A stretch of 64,000 nt of DNA from a bacterium. Lineage in GTDB: Bacteria; ARS69. The stretch covers positions 629 through 64,628 of the forward strand of contig JALGZR010000012.1 of assembly GCA_025774805.1 (NCBI GenBank). Reading direction: 5' to 3'. This document shows, one piece after another, positions 1 to 9,360 of the stretch. Positions within the stretch are counted from its first letter, which is position 1; each line of letters starts with the position of its first letter. Below the pieces are notes generated by a model that made no database searches, was not told the DNA's origin, and saw only the letters and a list, made by a program, of their open reading frames with translations. The position numbers and the translations under genes are program-made.

Positions 1-342
1 GACAGGGCATTTCTACCACCGACGGCAAGAGTGGATGGGATCGCCCGGGCCCCCGAGGAACTTCCTCCCGGCTGAACCGACGCGCCCTGACGCGGCCGGT
101 GCTCACCCGAGATGCGGCACATTCGACGGTATCGCTTCGTCCCCGTCACTCGATTCGACGCTCGCCCGAGAGCTCTTCCCTTCAACGATCCCAAGCCTGT
201 TCTCCGCAGGTGGACCCCCGTGGAGCCATCCCGGTCACGGGCTGTTGGCGTCGACAAGCCGCCCCATCACCCGAGTCACGACGCAGAGAGACAGAGACGT
301 AGCGACGCGGGAATCCTTCAAACGTCCCAGGAGGTCGGGAAC

Positions 343-1947
343 ATGATACGGCAGATCAGCGAGGCCGCGGGTGTTCTACTAGTTGCGGCCCTCATCGTTA
401 CCAGTTTTGTCACTCCCAGCCGGGCCCTGTGTCCCCCGGGAGATTGCGGGCCGGGTGAGTTCTGGATCGATATGTGTCCGCCGGGAATCGACTTCCTCCG
501 GACGGAAGCGCTGGTAGGACTCGACCTGGATCTCGATAACATCGCAGACGTCAGCCTGATCATGGGCGGGCCGACGAACATCGTCCGACAGGGCGAAGTC
601 GGCGGAGAGATTCAGACCGAGATCGTCTCCATGAGTCTAACCGGAGGAGGATACACGCTGACGGCCGGGGTGGGCAACGGTGAGTGCACTCCACCTCTCG
701 CCAACCCGTCCCCCGGGGCCATCACCCCGACCCCCGACCCTGCCGTGGCGGAGAGCTTCTTCGACGTGTACTTCGAGGTGGAGTTCCCGTCGGGAATGTG
801 CCTCTGGAATCATGCTCCTTTGACGTTGCGCGGATTCATCGACCGCGTTCCTCCCTGTGGTGACTATCTGCATCCTACGCAGATCGTTCCCCTCTTCGAT
901 TCCCAGACTGGGGGGAACCACTTGGCCAACCTCGTCTCCGCGCGGCACCGGGTGTACGCTCAGCAACAGCACTATCAGACGTACAAGATCTTGCCTCCCA
1001 TAACCTCCGGCCTGATCGTTCAGGTCAGAGACCAGTTCGTCACCGATCCGAACCCGATGGACGTCGGCGTATTGAACATCGAGAGGCTGCTGGTTCCCAT
1101 CAGCAAGAACTACGGCGAGATCCTCGACCCGTTCGCGCACCTGACGTGGTGGACCATTGCCCCCGATACGATGATCACCGAGTACTTGGAGGTGGACAAT
1201 CAGCTCCACCCACCGGTGGTCCCCGCGAGGGTGATCATCAACGGCCCCCTGTTCATGCTGGCGCCGGCAGGAAAGGACCCCGAGCCCGGTCCACCCTTCC
1301 CGCAGATCCCCACCACCGTCGACCACTATCTCTGTTACGACGCGACCACTTTGAGGGACCCCGGAGACACGGTCCGAGTACAGGATCAGTTCATCTTCGA
1401 GGAGTTCGTGAGGGTGCAGCCGATGAAGTACTTCTGCGCTCCCTGCGAAAAGACCAATGGGCCGGACTTCTATCCCATTCAAGATCCCGATAGACACCTG
1501 GCCCTCTACCCGATCGAGCCGTTCCCCTTCCAAACCGTCGTGGACATCGCCGATCAGTTCGCCGTCGTGACGGTCGATCTCCTGAGGGAACCGATCGAGT
1601 ACCTCGTCGTTCCGAGCGGGAAGGTGCATGCGGGACATCTCGTGGGGGTCGGTTCGATCGAGACGGAGCTGCCGTTCGCTTTGCTGCCTCCGTCACCCAA
1701 CCCGTCCACCGGCAGCACCACGATTCAGTTCAATCTGCCGCGCGAGAGCGATGTCGAGCTCGTGATCTACGACATCGCCGGCCGTCGTGTGCGTGAGCTG
1801 GTCGCTGGACCCGTTCAGGCCGGACGCAACGTGATGATCTGGGACGGTCGGAACGAGGCGGGCGAAGCGGCCGCCAACGGCATCTACTTCGTCCGTCTGA
1901 CCTGGGATGGAGGAACCGAGGCCGAACGCGTGACGATCATGCGGTAA
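343..1947 (+). CDS. Secreted protein with internal repeats and C-terminal FlgD-Ig/T9SS-like domain
   Basis: ATG at 343 after GGAGG; signal peptide (GVLLVAALIVTSFVTPSRA); repeated HY-x-x-Y...V-x-DQF...P-x-x-K units; C-terminal PSPNP...IYDIAGRRV...WDG...GIYFVRL. Confidence 0.8.
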   Translation: MIRQISEAAGVLLVAALIVTSFVTPSRALCPPGDCGPGEFWIDMCPPGIDFLRTEALVGLDLDLDNIADVSLIMGGPTNIVRQGEVGGEIQTEIVSMSLTGGGYTLTAGVGNGECTPPLANPSPGAITPTPDPAVAESFFDVYFEVEFPSGMCLWNHAPLTLRGFIDRVPPCGDYLHPTQIVPLFDSQTGGNHLANLVSARHRVYAQQQHYQTYKILPPITSGLIVQVRDQFVTDPNPMDVGVLNIERLLVPISKNYGEILDPFAHLTWWTIAPDTMITEYLEVDNQLHPPVVPARVIINGPLFMLAPAGKDPEPGPPFPQIPTTVDHYLCYDATTLRDPGDTVRVQDQFIFEEFVRVQPMKYFCAPCEKTNGPDFYPIQDPDRHLALYPIEPFPFQTVVDIADQFAVVTVDLLREPIEYLVVPSGKVHAGHLVGVGSIETELPFALLPPSPNPSTGSTTIQFNLPRESDVELVIYDIAGRRVRELVAGPVQAGRNVMIWDGRNEAGEAAANGIYFVRLTWDGGTEAERVTIMR

Positions 1948-2012
1948 GGTCTCCTCCCGGGTGCGGTGTCTCATCTCGAGATCCGCTCAGCGGGAGCCCG
2001 ACCGTTCGAACC

Positions 2013-2042
2013 GGGGCGGCCCTTCGGGGCCGCCCCGCCTTT
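2013..2042 (+). terminator. Probable intrinsic terminator hairpin
   Basis: GGGGCGGCCC-TTCG-GGGCCGCCCC, a perfect 10-bp stem with UUCG loop downstream of the 1947 stop; short pyrimidine tail. Confidence 0.6.
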
Positions 2043-2196
2043 CCTTCGGCCGCGAGCGCTCTCTCTTCCCGGTCGGCGACGGGCCGCCGCCACCCGTTCT
2101 TTTCGGCGGCGACCTCACGGGCCGCAATGTAAGCTCGGACCCGGTCGGCGAAGCCCCGGCTCCGGGGCCCCCGACCTTCGAGCAACGGGAGGCACC

Positions 2197-2445
2197 GTGC
2201 ACGTCTATCTGCTGGTCTCGGGGGCGCTCGTCTTGCTGGCGGGTTTCGCTCTTCTCCTGTACGACCGTGCGCAGTGGAAACGCGTGGAGGAGTTCCTGGA
2301 CGGACAGCCGGATCACGGGGAGGCCCGCGATCCCATTCTGTCGCGGGCGCGGGCACCCGAAGGCTCGAGAGGCTCTCGGAAGATCGCCCTCGCGCTCATC
2401 GGGATCGGGGCAGGGCTCTGCCTGGTCGGCGCGGGGTTGTCCTGA
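2197..2445 (+). CDS. Small two-TM membrane protein
   Basis: GTG at 2197 after GGGAGG; two hydrophobic segments (VYLLVSGALVLLAGFALLLY; IALALIGIGAGLCLVGAG). Confidence 0.6.
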   Translation: MHVYLLVSGALVLLAGFALLLYDRAQWKRVEEFLDGQPDHGEARDPILSRARAPEGSRGSRKIALALIGIGAGLCLVGAGLS

Positions 2446-2520
2446 CGAGGAGTCGTGGCGCGGCGGGTCGGTCGCCGAGGACCCTCGCCGTTCCGTGAAT
2501 CGAGGCGGCCGACCGGGGCG

Positions 2521-3951
2521 TCAGGGGTCGGCGGCCCACTCCCCGGTCATTCGCCGGTAGACGTCGACGAACCGACCCGCGATCACCGGCCATCCGTACT
2601 CCCGAAGCACCATCTCTCGGGCCCTCCTCCCCCGACGCCTCCTCTCCTCGGAATCGTGGACGGCCTCGAAGAGGACGCTCGCAAGAGAGTCGACGTCGTC
2701 GACCTCGGCGAACCAACCGTTGGCGTGGTCCCCCTCGGAGACGATGAACGATTCCGGACCCCCGCTTCGGGTCGCGATGCAGGGGACACCCACCGCCATC
2801 GCTTCGAGGAAGACCTGTCCGAACGGCTCGAAATGGGAAGGAGCCACGAGAAGATCGGCCAGGTTGAGGCCGCGAGCGAGAACGTCGTGCGGCAACCAGC
2901 CGCAGAAGAAGACGTTGTCGAGCCCGAGCCGGATCGAGGCGGAGTGGGGGTGCTCGCCCTCCCACTCCCCGGGCATCCCTCCCCAGACGAGAACGTTGTA
3001 GGGAGGCCGCCCGTTCGACTCGGCGAACCGGTCGTTCACGCGCCGCACGGCCTCCAACAGAAGGGGAACCCGTTTGAAGGCGAGGAATCGTCCGACGAAC
3101 ATCACCAGCGGTTGGAGACCTCCGTCGTCCCGATGGAACGCGCGGAGATCCTCGGGTGAGTAGCGGATGCTCCCGGGTTCCCCTCCCTCCCTCCATCCCC
3201 GGGGCTCGTCGACGAGAATGCGGCGCAGCAGGTCCATTCGGTCGTCGATCGAGAAATCGAGAGGACGAAAGACCCCCACGTCGACGCCGTTGGGGATGGT
3301 GCTGATCCGCTCTTCGTCGATCCCGAGGAGCCGGATCCCCCGATCCCGTACGTCCGGGCTGATGGCGAAGTAGTGATCGATGCCGGACGCCGCGTCGGCG
3401 AGGCGACGTCGCCAGAGAGCGACCTCTCGGGGGATGTCCGGGTTCGCGACGAGGCCCTCCATCGCCTCCAGCATCTTGAGCTCGGTGCCGTGCAGGTGGG
3501 CCGCCCGGGGGACGTTCAAGTCGGATGCGGCCATGTGCAGATGGTTGAGGTGGTGGAGATGCAGGACCTCGGGGGCGAAGGAGGCCGTCGACGCCAGGGC
3601 CGCGCGCCACCCGTCGACGAGGTGATCCAGGGATCGCTCGTCGACCCTGTAGAAGACGCGATCCGGAACCCCCGACTTGTCTTCGTAGCTCGGGTGCAGG
3701 GGGACTTCCCACTCGGTGGAGATCGGATCGCGTCCGTCCCGAAAGCCCCGCCAGGCCGGTGTGTAATCGACCTCGGTGAGATCCAGGCCCGCGTAGAACG
3801 CGCGGGCATCGTGCTCGGGATTCCCGTCCCGCAGGGTACCGACGAGGAGGTGGACTTCGTGGCCCAGCTCGCGGAGCGCGCTCGAGAGGTACCGCACGAC
3901 CTGCGCGCTTCCGCCGCGGGGATAGAACACGAGACCCATGAGAACGCGCAT
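2521..3951 (-). CDS. Glycosyltransferase family 4 (GT-B fold)
   Basis: MRVLMGLVFYPRGGS start; IPNGVD; FVGRFLAFKRV; EPFGQVFLEAMAVGVPCIATRSGG (E-x7-E motif). Confidence 0.9.
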   Translation of the reverse strand: MRVLMGLVFYPRGGSAQVVRYLSSALRELGHEVHLLVGTLRDGNPEHDARAFYAGLDLTEVDYTPAWRGFRDGRDPISTEWEVPLHPSYEDKSGVPDRVFYRVDERSLDHLVDGWRAALASTASFAPEVLHLHHLNHLHMAASDLNVPRAAHLHGTELKMLEAMEGLVANPDIPREVALWRRRLADAASGIDHYFAISPDVRDRGIRLLGIDEERISTIPNGVDVGVFRPLDFSIDDRMDLLRRILVDEPRGWREGGEPGSIRYSPEDLRAFHRDDGGLQPLVMFVGRFLAFKRVPLLLEAVRRVNDRFAESNGRPPYNVLVWGGMPGEWEGEHPHSASIRLGLDNVFFCGWLPHDVLARGLNLADLLVAPSHFEPFGQVFLEAMAVGVPCIATRSGGPESFIVSEGDHANGWFAEVDDVDSLASVLFEAVHDSEERRRRGRRAREMVLREYGWPVIAGRFVDVYRRMTGEWAADP

Positions 3952-3986
3952 GAGCTCGACGCTACCACGCGCCCCCCTCGGCCGAT

Positions 3987-4469
3987 CTACGTCCCCATCT
4001 CCTTCACGGCCTTCTCGTGGAGCTCGAACAGCTTCGCCTGCACGTCGGGATCGTCCGACGTGAGCACCATGATGTCGCCGTTCTTCGTCTGGCCCTGACT
4101 GTACCGGGCCCCGGCGGCGATCACCTCCCACATATCGAAGCAGTAGTGGCAGAGATCCTTCTCGGCCTGCTCCGCAGTCCACTCGGCGGTGGCCTCCCCG
4201 CTCTCGTTCATCTTCGCGCCGATCTCGTGGAAGAGCTCGACTTTGGAATCGTCCGTGACCCAGTGCAGCATGGCCAGGCCGTCGTTCATGCGGATCGTCT
4301 CACGCTTCATGACCGGCATGAGCTCTTCCATGTGAGGTGCCATGTGCTTGCAGATCGTGCAACTCGCCCACTCGCTCTTCTCCGCGTCCGAGTGGGTCGG
4401 CTCCTCGGCCCAGACCGTGCCGAGCGCCACGAACGCGCCCAGGATCAGGACCAACGGTATCCTCGACAT
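3987..4469 (-). CDS. Secreted hypothetical protein with two CxxC motifs
   Basis: ATG 4469 after AGGAGG; signal peptide; CTICKH and CHYC; Met/His-rich. Confidence 0.7.
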   Translation of the reverse strand: MSRIPLVLILGAFVALGTVWAEEPTHSDAEKSEWASCTICKHMAPHMEELMPVMKRETIRMNDGLAMLHWVTDDSKVELFHEIGAKMNESGEATAEWTAEQAEKDLCHYCFDMWEVIAAGARYSQGQTKNGDIMVLTSDDPDVQAKLFELHEKAVKEMGT

Positions 4470-5194
4470 CCTATTCCTCCTTCGGATGGGCTGCGCTCGA
4501 CGGGCCGCGCTGGCGCAGAGCATTGCGCGCGTGCATGCTGCCCCTCCCGTCCGATCCTCCCTCCACACTCCGCCCATCATCCATACTCTCCGCCCGCCGG
4601 AGCGCGCCGACGTCGATCATAGCGGGCGGAAGACCGGAGTCAAGACCCGCGGCAGCGGAGCGGGAAGCGTGGCGGCGTCGGGCGAGCGCCTACCGGTGGC
4701 GGCCTTGGTCGGACCCCGAGTCCGATTCTCGGTACTCACGGTACCGGTGGTCTCGATGCAGTCCAGACCCGGGATAATTGTCCCGTCGTTGAGCCCGCCG
4801 AAGATGCTCCGCGGAATGAGCTCGTCGACCTGAACGTCTCCGAGGGCCTCGGCAATGGCGACCGGGTTGAACGGAGCGGACCGAGCTCGGGCATGATGTC
4901 GAGTTCGACGACGCCCCCCCCAACGGGCAGGGAGCCGCGCCGGAATCCGACGACACGGGTTGAGCTCGTAACGAGGACTCTCGGGACCGCGGAGAGAATC
5001 GGGGTGAGAGAAAGGAGGCGAGGAGCCCGGAAACGAGGTCGAGTGGCCCCCGAGGGCCCATGAAACGCACCTCCCGGGCCCTCACGTGCCTCTGGGCGCG
5101 GGCGCGGAATCCCCCGGACGGGCTGGAACTGCCATATATCAGGCCGTGGCCTGACAAATGTCAGGTTTTTCGCCCCATCGGGCCGGCCCCGATC

Positions 5195-7972
5195 TCACCG
5201 CGCCTCGGCGAGCGCGCGCAACTCGGCGCTCCACCGATTCACCTCATCGGACTTGTCGATGTCGGGGTCGGCGGCGTCCCAGCGCACGTACAGCTCCACG
5301 ATCCGGTCCAGGGCCTTCCGGAGCCGGATCGGCGGCGCGCTCCCGTCCTCTTTCAGCGAACGGCAGGCGTCCAGAAGCAGCTCCTCCGCCTCTCCATACC
5401 TTCCCTGTCCGGTGAGCGCGGCACCGAGGCCGCTCTTCGCCTGGGCGACCTCCCAGGCCCCCGGGGGATGAGCGGACTGGCGGGCCTCGAGGCACTCCCG
5501 CAGAACCGGCTCCGCCTCCCCGCAACGGTCCAGACCGACAAGGGCGAGCCCGAGAAACACGAGGGCGGAAGCGACATTCTCGTTCTCGGCCGGCAGCACG
5601 CGGCGCCCCGCGTCCAGGGCCTCGCGGGCGGAGCGCTCGCCCTCCTTGAACTTGCCCTGGTCGACGAGAAGGCGACTCACCTGCCACCGGGCCCGAATCG
5701 TGTGAGGATGCTCTTCCCCGAGGGTCCGAATGCGCCGCTCGAGCGTCTTTCGGTAGTACGGCTCCGCGCCCGCCAGGTCGCCGCGCAGGCGAAGAGTCCA
5801 ACCGACGTCCGCGAGCAAAGTCATCGTCAGGCTGTTGTCCGGGCCGAGCGTCCGCTCGGCCGCCTCCAGGGCATCGCGCAGCAGCGACTCGGCCCGCTCG
5901 ATCTCCCTCTGCTGGAGGAACATCTCCCCCATGCTCTTCATGCCGCGCAGGGTCGTGGGATGCTCGGGACCGAGCACTTCCCGCATGAGGTCGATCGACT
6001 CGGCGTAGAGTTGCTCGGCCTCCTCGAGAGCGTTCCGCTCCCTCAGAATGGCCGCCAGGTTGAGGCCATGGATCAGAACGCTCGGATGCTCTCGACCCAG
6101 CAGTCGACGATTCAGGGCGAACGCCTCGCGCAGAAGAGCCTCGGCTTCGGCGAGATCACCCCGACTTCGACGGATCCACGCGAGGTTGTTCAGGTTGTCC
6201 GCGACCTGCCGGCTCTCGTCTCCGAAGAGGGCACGACTCCGCTCGAGAGTCTCTCGCAGGGTCGCCTCCGCACCGTCGAAGTCCCCCCGACTCTGCTGCA
6301 CGACGGCCAGATCGGTCAGGCACGCGACGAATCCCTCGCTCTCCTCCCCGTCGGTCCGGCGATACGTCTCGAGCGCGTTTCGGATCAAGGACTCGGCGCT
6401 CTCGAAATCGGATCGGGACCAGAGAAGGCGGCCGAGGCTGTGTCGGCTCTCCGCCGTCTGAGAGCTGCCCGGTCCGAATCTCCCCTCGCGGAACTCGAGG
6501 GCGGATCTCAAATGCGGATCCGCCGCATCGTAGAGGCCGAGTGCCATGTACGTCGTCCCGATCGTGTTCTGCACCGCCGCCCGAATCGCGGGTTGATTCT
6601 GAAAGGATCCCTCGACCCGCGCCGCCGCGTCGTCGAGCGCCTCACGGACCGACATCTCTCGATTCAGCGGATTCGCCTCGGGGCTGGCCTCCGCGAGCAT
6701 GTCGGTGAGAAACCGATTCACCGCTTTCGCGACGCTCGCCTCCGCCGTCGCGCGCTCCTCCGCCCGACGGGCGCGCACGGCCTGCCAGGTCGTAGCGCCG
6801 ACCCCGGCGAGGAGCGCGAGGACCACGGCGGCGGCGCCCGCCACGAGCGCCCGGTGGCGTCGACGGAATTTGCCAAGTCGATAGAGCACGCTCGGTGGCC
6901 CGGCCATCACCGGGTCGTCGTGGAGATGGCGACGAACGTCGGCGGCGAGCTCGGAGGCCGACGCGTACCGACGCGTCCGGTCCTTCTCGAGGGCCTTCAT
7001 CGTGATCCAGTCGAGATCGCCGCGGAGTCGGTGGTGAAGCTTGCCCCGGTGCACCTGCCGGTTGTGGGCGATCTCATTCGCCCCTTCCGCAAGAGTCGTC
7101 AGGCGAGAGCTGGGCTTCTCCGGCTCCTCGTCCCGGAGGATTCGCTGGATTCCCGCATAGCCGGCGGAGCGCAACGTTCGCGAGTCGAAGGGTAGCGATC
7201 CGGTAAGGAGCTCGTAGAGCAGAGTGCCGAGGGAGTAGACGTCCGTTCGTGTGTCGATGTTCAGGCCGGTCATCTCCGCCTGCTCTGGGCTCATGTACTC
7301 GGGAGTCCCGAGAAGCTGCCCCTGCTCGGTGAAGACCACGTTCTCGGAGAGATGCTGCGCGGTCGCCTTCGCCACGCCGAAATCGATCACCTTGGGGACG
7401 GGTTCTTCGTCGACCACTTCGACCAGGACATTCGAGGGCTTGATGTCGCGGTGGATGACCCCTTTCTGGTGCGCATGCTGCACCGCATCGCACACCCGAG
7501 TGAACAGCTCGAGCCGCTTGCGCACGGGGAGACGGTTTCGATCGCAGTATTCGGTGATCGGGATGCCCGGCACGTACTCCATCGCGAAATAGGGTCGACC
7601 GTCGTTCGTCATGCCGGCGTCGAACACCTTCGCGATTCCCGGGTGATCCATGAGCGCGAGCGCCTGCCGCTCCATCTCGAAGCGACTCATCACCTCCTCA
7701 GTGCTCATGCCGGACCGGATCACCTTGACGGCGACCCGGCGTCGCACCGGATTGAACTGCTCCGCGAGGTACACCACTCCGATTCCGCCGGAACCGATCT
7801 TCTCGATCACCCGGTAGTGGTCGATGTGCTGAACGGGACGATCGGCCTGAGAGGGACGGGCGCTGTCCGGAGATCGACCGCCGGACGGGAGCGTCGCGCC
7901 GGCGCCGGAGGCGAGGGTCTCGGCCCAGGCGTCTCCCTCCTCGGCGGGAGGTGTGCGCTCTTCGGAATCCAT
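5195..7972 (-). CDS. Hanks-type Ser/Thr protein kinase with TM segment and TPR repeats
   Basis: GSGGIGVV, VAVK, HRDIKPSN, DFG, GTPEYMSPE, DVYSLG; hydrophobic helix; repeated LGxEHP-type TPR units. Confidence 0.95.
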   Translation of the reverse strand: MDSEERTPPAEEGDAWAETLASGAGATLPSGGRSPDSARPSQADRPVQHIDHYRVIEKIGSGGIGVVYLAEQFNPVRRRVAVKVIRSGMSTEEVMSRFEMERQALALMDHPGIAKVFDAGMTNDGRPYFAMEYVPGIPITEYCDRNRLPVRKRLELFTRVCDAVQHAHQKGVIHRDIKPSNVLVEVVDEEPVPKVIDFGVAKATAQHLSENVVFTEQGQLLGTPEYMSPEQAEMTGLNIDTRTDVYSLGTLLYELLTGSLPFDSRTLRSAGYAGIQRILRDEEPEKPSSRLTTLAEGANEIAHNRQVHRGKLHHRLRGDLDWITMKALEKDRTRRYASASELAADVRRHLHDDPVMAGPPSVLYRLGKFRRRHRALVAGAAAVVLALLAGVGATTWQAVRARRAEERATAEASVAKAVNRFLTDMLAEASPEANPLNREMSVREALDDAAARVEGSFQNQPAIRAAVQNTIGTTYMALGLYDAADPHLRSALEFREGRFGPGSSQTAESRHSLGRLLWSRSDFESAESLIRNALETYRRTDGEESEGFVACLTDLAVVQQSRGDFDGAEATLRETLERSRALFGDESRQVADNLNNLAWIRRSRGDLAEAEALLREAFALNRRLLGREHPSVLIHGLNLAAILRERNALEEAEQLYAESIDLMREVLGPEHPTTLRGMKSMGEMFLQQREIERAESLLRDALEAAERTLGPDNSLTMTLLADVGWTLRLRGDLAGAEPYYRKTLERRIRTLGEEHPHTIRARWQVSRLLVDQGKFKEGERSAREALDAGRRVLPAENENVASALVFLGLALVGLDRCGEAEPVLRECLEARQSAHPPGAWEVAQAKSGLGAALTGQGRYGEAEELLLDACRSLKEDGSAPPIRLRKALDRIVELYVRWDAADPDIDKSDEVNRWSAELRALAEAR

Positions 7973-8185
7973 GAGGATCTCCCTCGCAGAGGAAGACCCC
8001 CCCGGACACGGCTCCCTCCGGAGATCGAGTTCGCCGTCGGGGGGGGATCTTTGATCATACTACATACTACATAGTGTCCCGGGGACCGGGCCGGGTTTTC
8101 TTCGTAGACGTTTTTCGTTCCACGTCCCTTGAGGACCGGCCCGACGATACCGGATCGGTGCCGACCGAACGTGCGGACCCGAGCG

Positions 8186-8581
8186 TCAGCCCGCGAGTTG
8201 AATGAGTGAGATCACGGCCCCGGTCGGATCCTGGACGACGCAGAAACGTCCGATGTTCGGGATGTCTTGAGGGCCGTGCATGAGCTGTCCGCCGAGCTTT
8301 CCGATCTTCCCGGCCAGGGCGTCGACGTCGTCGACCGCGATGTAGGCCATCCAGTGGGACGGGACCGCCGGAGGAACGTCCGGCGGCATCGCCATCATAC
8401 CTGCCGCGTCCTTGTCCCCGGCCTTCAGGAGCGTGTACTTCATGTCGGGCATCTCACTGTCGACGGCTTTCCAGCCCAAGAGCTCGGTGTAGAACTTCTC
8501 GGCGGCGCTCGTATCCCGGGTCATCAGCTCGTTCCAGCAGACCGTTCCGTGCGCGGGACGGGGGGCCTTTTCGTCGGACAT
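8186..8581 (-). CDS. VOC/glyoxalase family protein
   Basis: WNELMT..AAEKFY..LLGW; WMAYIAVDDVD; GRFCVVQDPTGA; AGGAG RBS before ATG 8581. Confidence 0.9.
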   Translation of the reverse strand: MSDEKAPRPAHGTVCWNELMTRDTSAAEKFYTELLGWKAVDSEMPDMKYTLLKAGDKDAAGMMAMPPDVPPAVPSHWMAYIAVDDVDALAGKIGKLGGQLMHGPQDIPNIGRFCVVQDPTGAVISLIQLAG

Positions 8582-8831
8582 CGATTCCTCCTTTCGAGAG
8601 CGACTCAGCATAAGCGGGGCCGGAGGACAATGTCTATCGCCGGCGTGGGTTCACGGGAGGGCTTCGATCCCGACTTCCGGACCACGTGATCGCCCGGTGC
8701 TCCACCCGCGGGACCGGATGCGGCCTCGCGTGCGCCCTCGCCGCTGGATGCGTCCCGTTGCCGTCACGGAGAGGAGTCGGAGAGGCGTCAAGCAGGGGAA
8801 TCGCCGAGCCGAGTCCGCTTCCCCGCGTCGG

Positions 8832-8933
8832 TCAAGACTCCCTCTTCTCTCTCTTCTTCTTCTTTTTCTCCTTGGGGCTCCGCTTGGGCTTGTTCTGTTT
8901 GCCCTTCTTCCCCTTGTCCTGTCCCTTGGCCAC
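8832..8933 (-). CDS. Small Lys-rich basic protein (33 aa), not in the ORF track
   Basis: GTG after AGGAG reads MAKGQDKGKKGKQNKPKRSPKEKKKKKREKRES*; explains the purine-rich low-complexity tract. Confidence 0.6.
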   Translation of the reverse strand: MAKGQDKGKKGKQNKPKRSPKEKKKKKREKRES

Positions 8934-9119
8934 TCTCTCCTCTCCTCTCTTCTTTCCCGGAGACCTGAACGCCGACCGGCCGTCACACCGCCGAAAGCCC
9001 GGGCGGAGGCGGCGTAGAACAACTCGGAGATGTCCACGACGGACCGATCCTCCACCGTGACATCATACTCGAACCCGGTTCGTGGTTTGAAGTGTCTCGG
9101 ACCGGCGCCGGGCGACCCG

Positions 9120-9338
9120 CTACCGCGCCGATCCGCCCGTGGAACCGTAGAAAGTCAGAAGCGGCTTGATCGCGCATGCGATCGCAAGCGCCGCGTACCA
9201 CCCCGCGCCGACGCTCATGATCTGAGGAAACAGCTTGACGACTACGAGAGCGAAGAAGACGGCCGCGGCCTGCGCCAGCTTGGTGTCGAGAATCCCGAGC
9301 CTCCGCGCCCGCTCGTCGAAATCGTTCCAGACTGACAT
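9120..9338 (-). CDS. Small membrane protein (72 aa)
   Basis: Two hydrophobic helices; directly downstream of the kinase on the same strand. Confidence 0.65.
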   Translation of the reverse strand: MSVWNDFDERARRLGILDTKLAQAAAVFFALVVVKLFPQIMSVGAGWYAALAIACAIKPLLTFYGSTGGSAR

Positions 9339-9360
9339 GGCTCTGTCCCCCCCCGGTCGT

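Noticed and set aside
3987-4469. c-type cytochrome call
   Set aside because: The motifs are CxxCKH and CxxCF, not CxxCH
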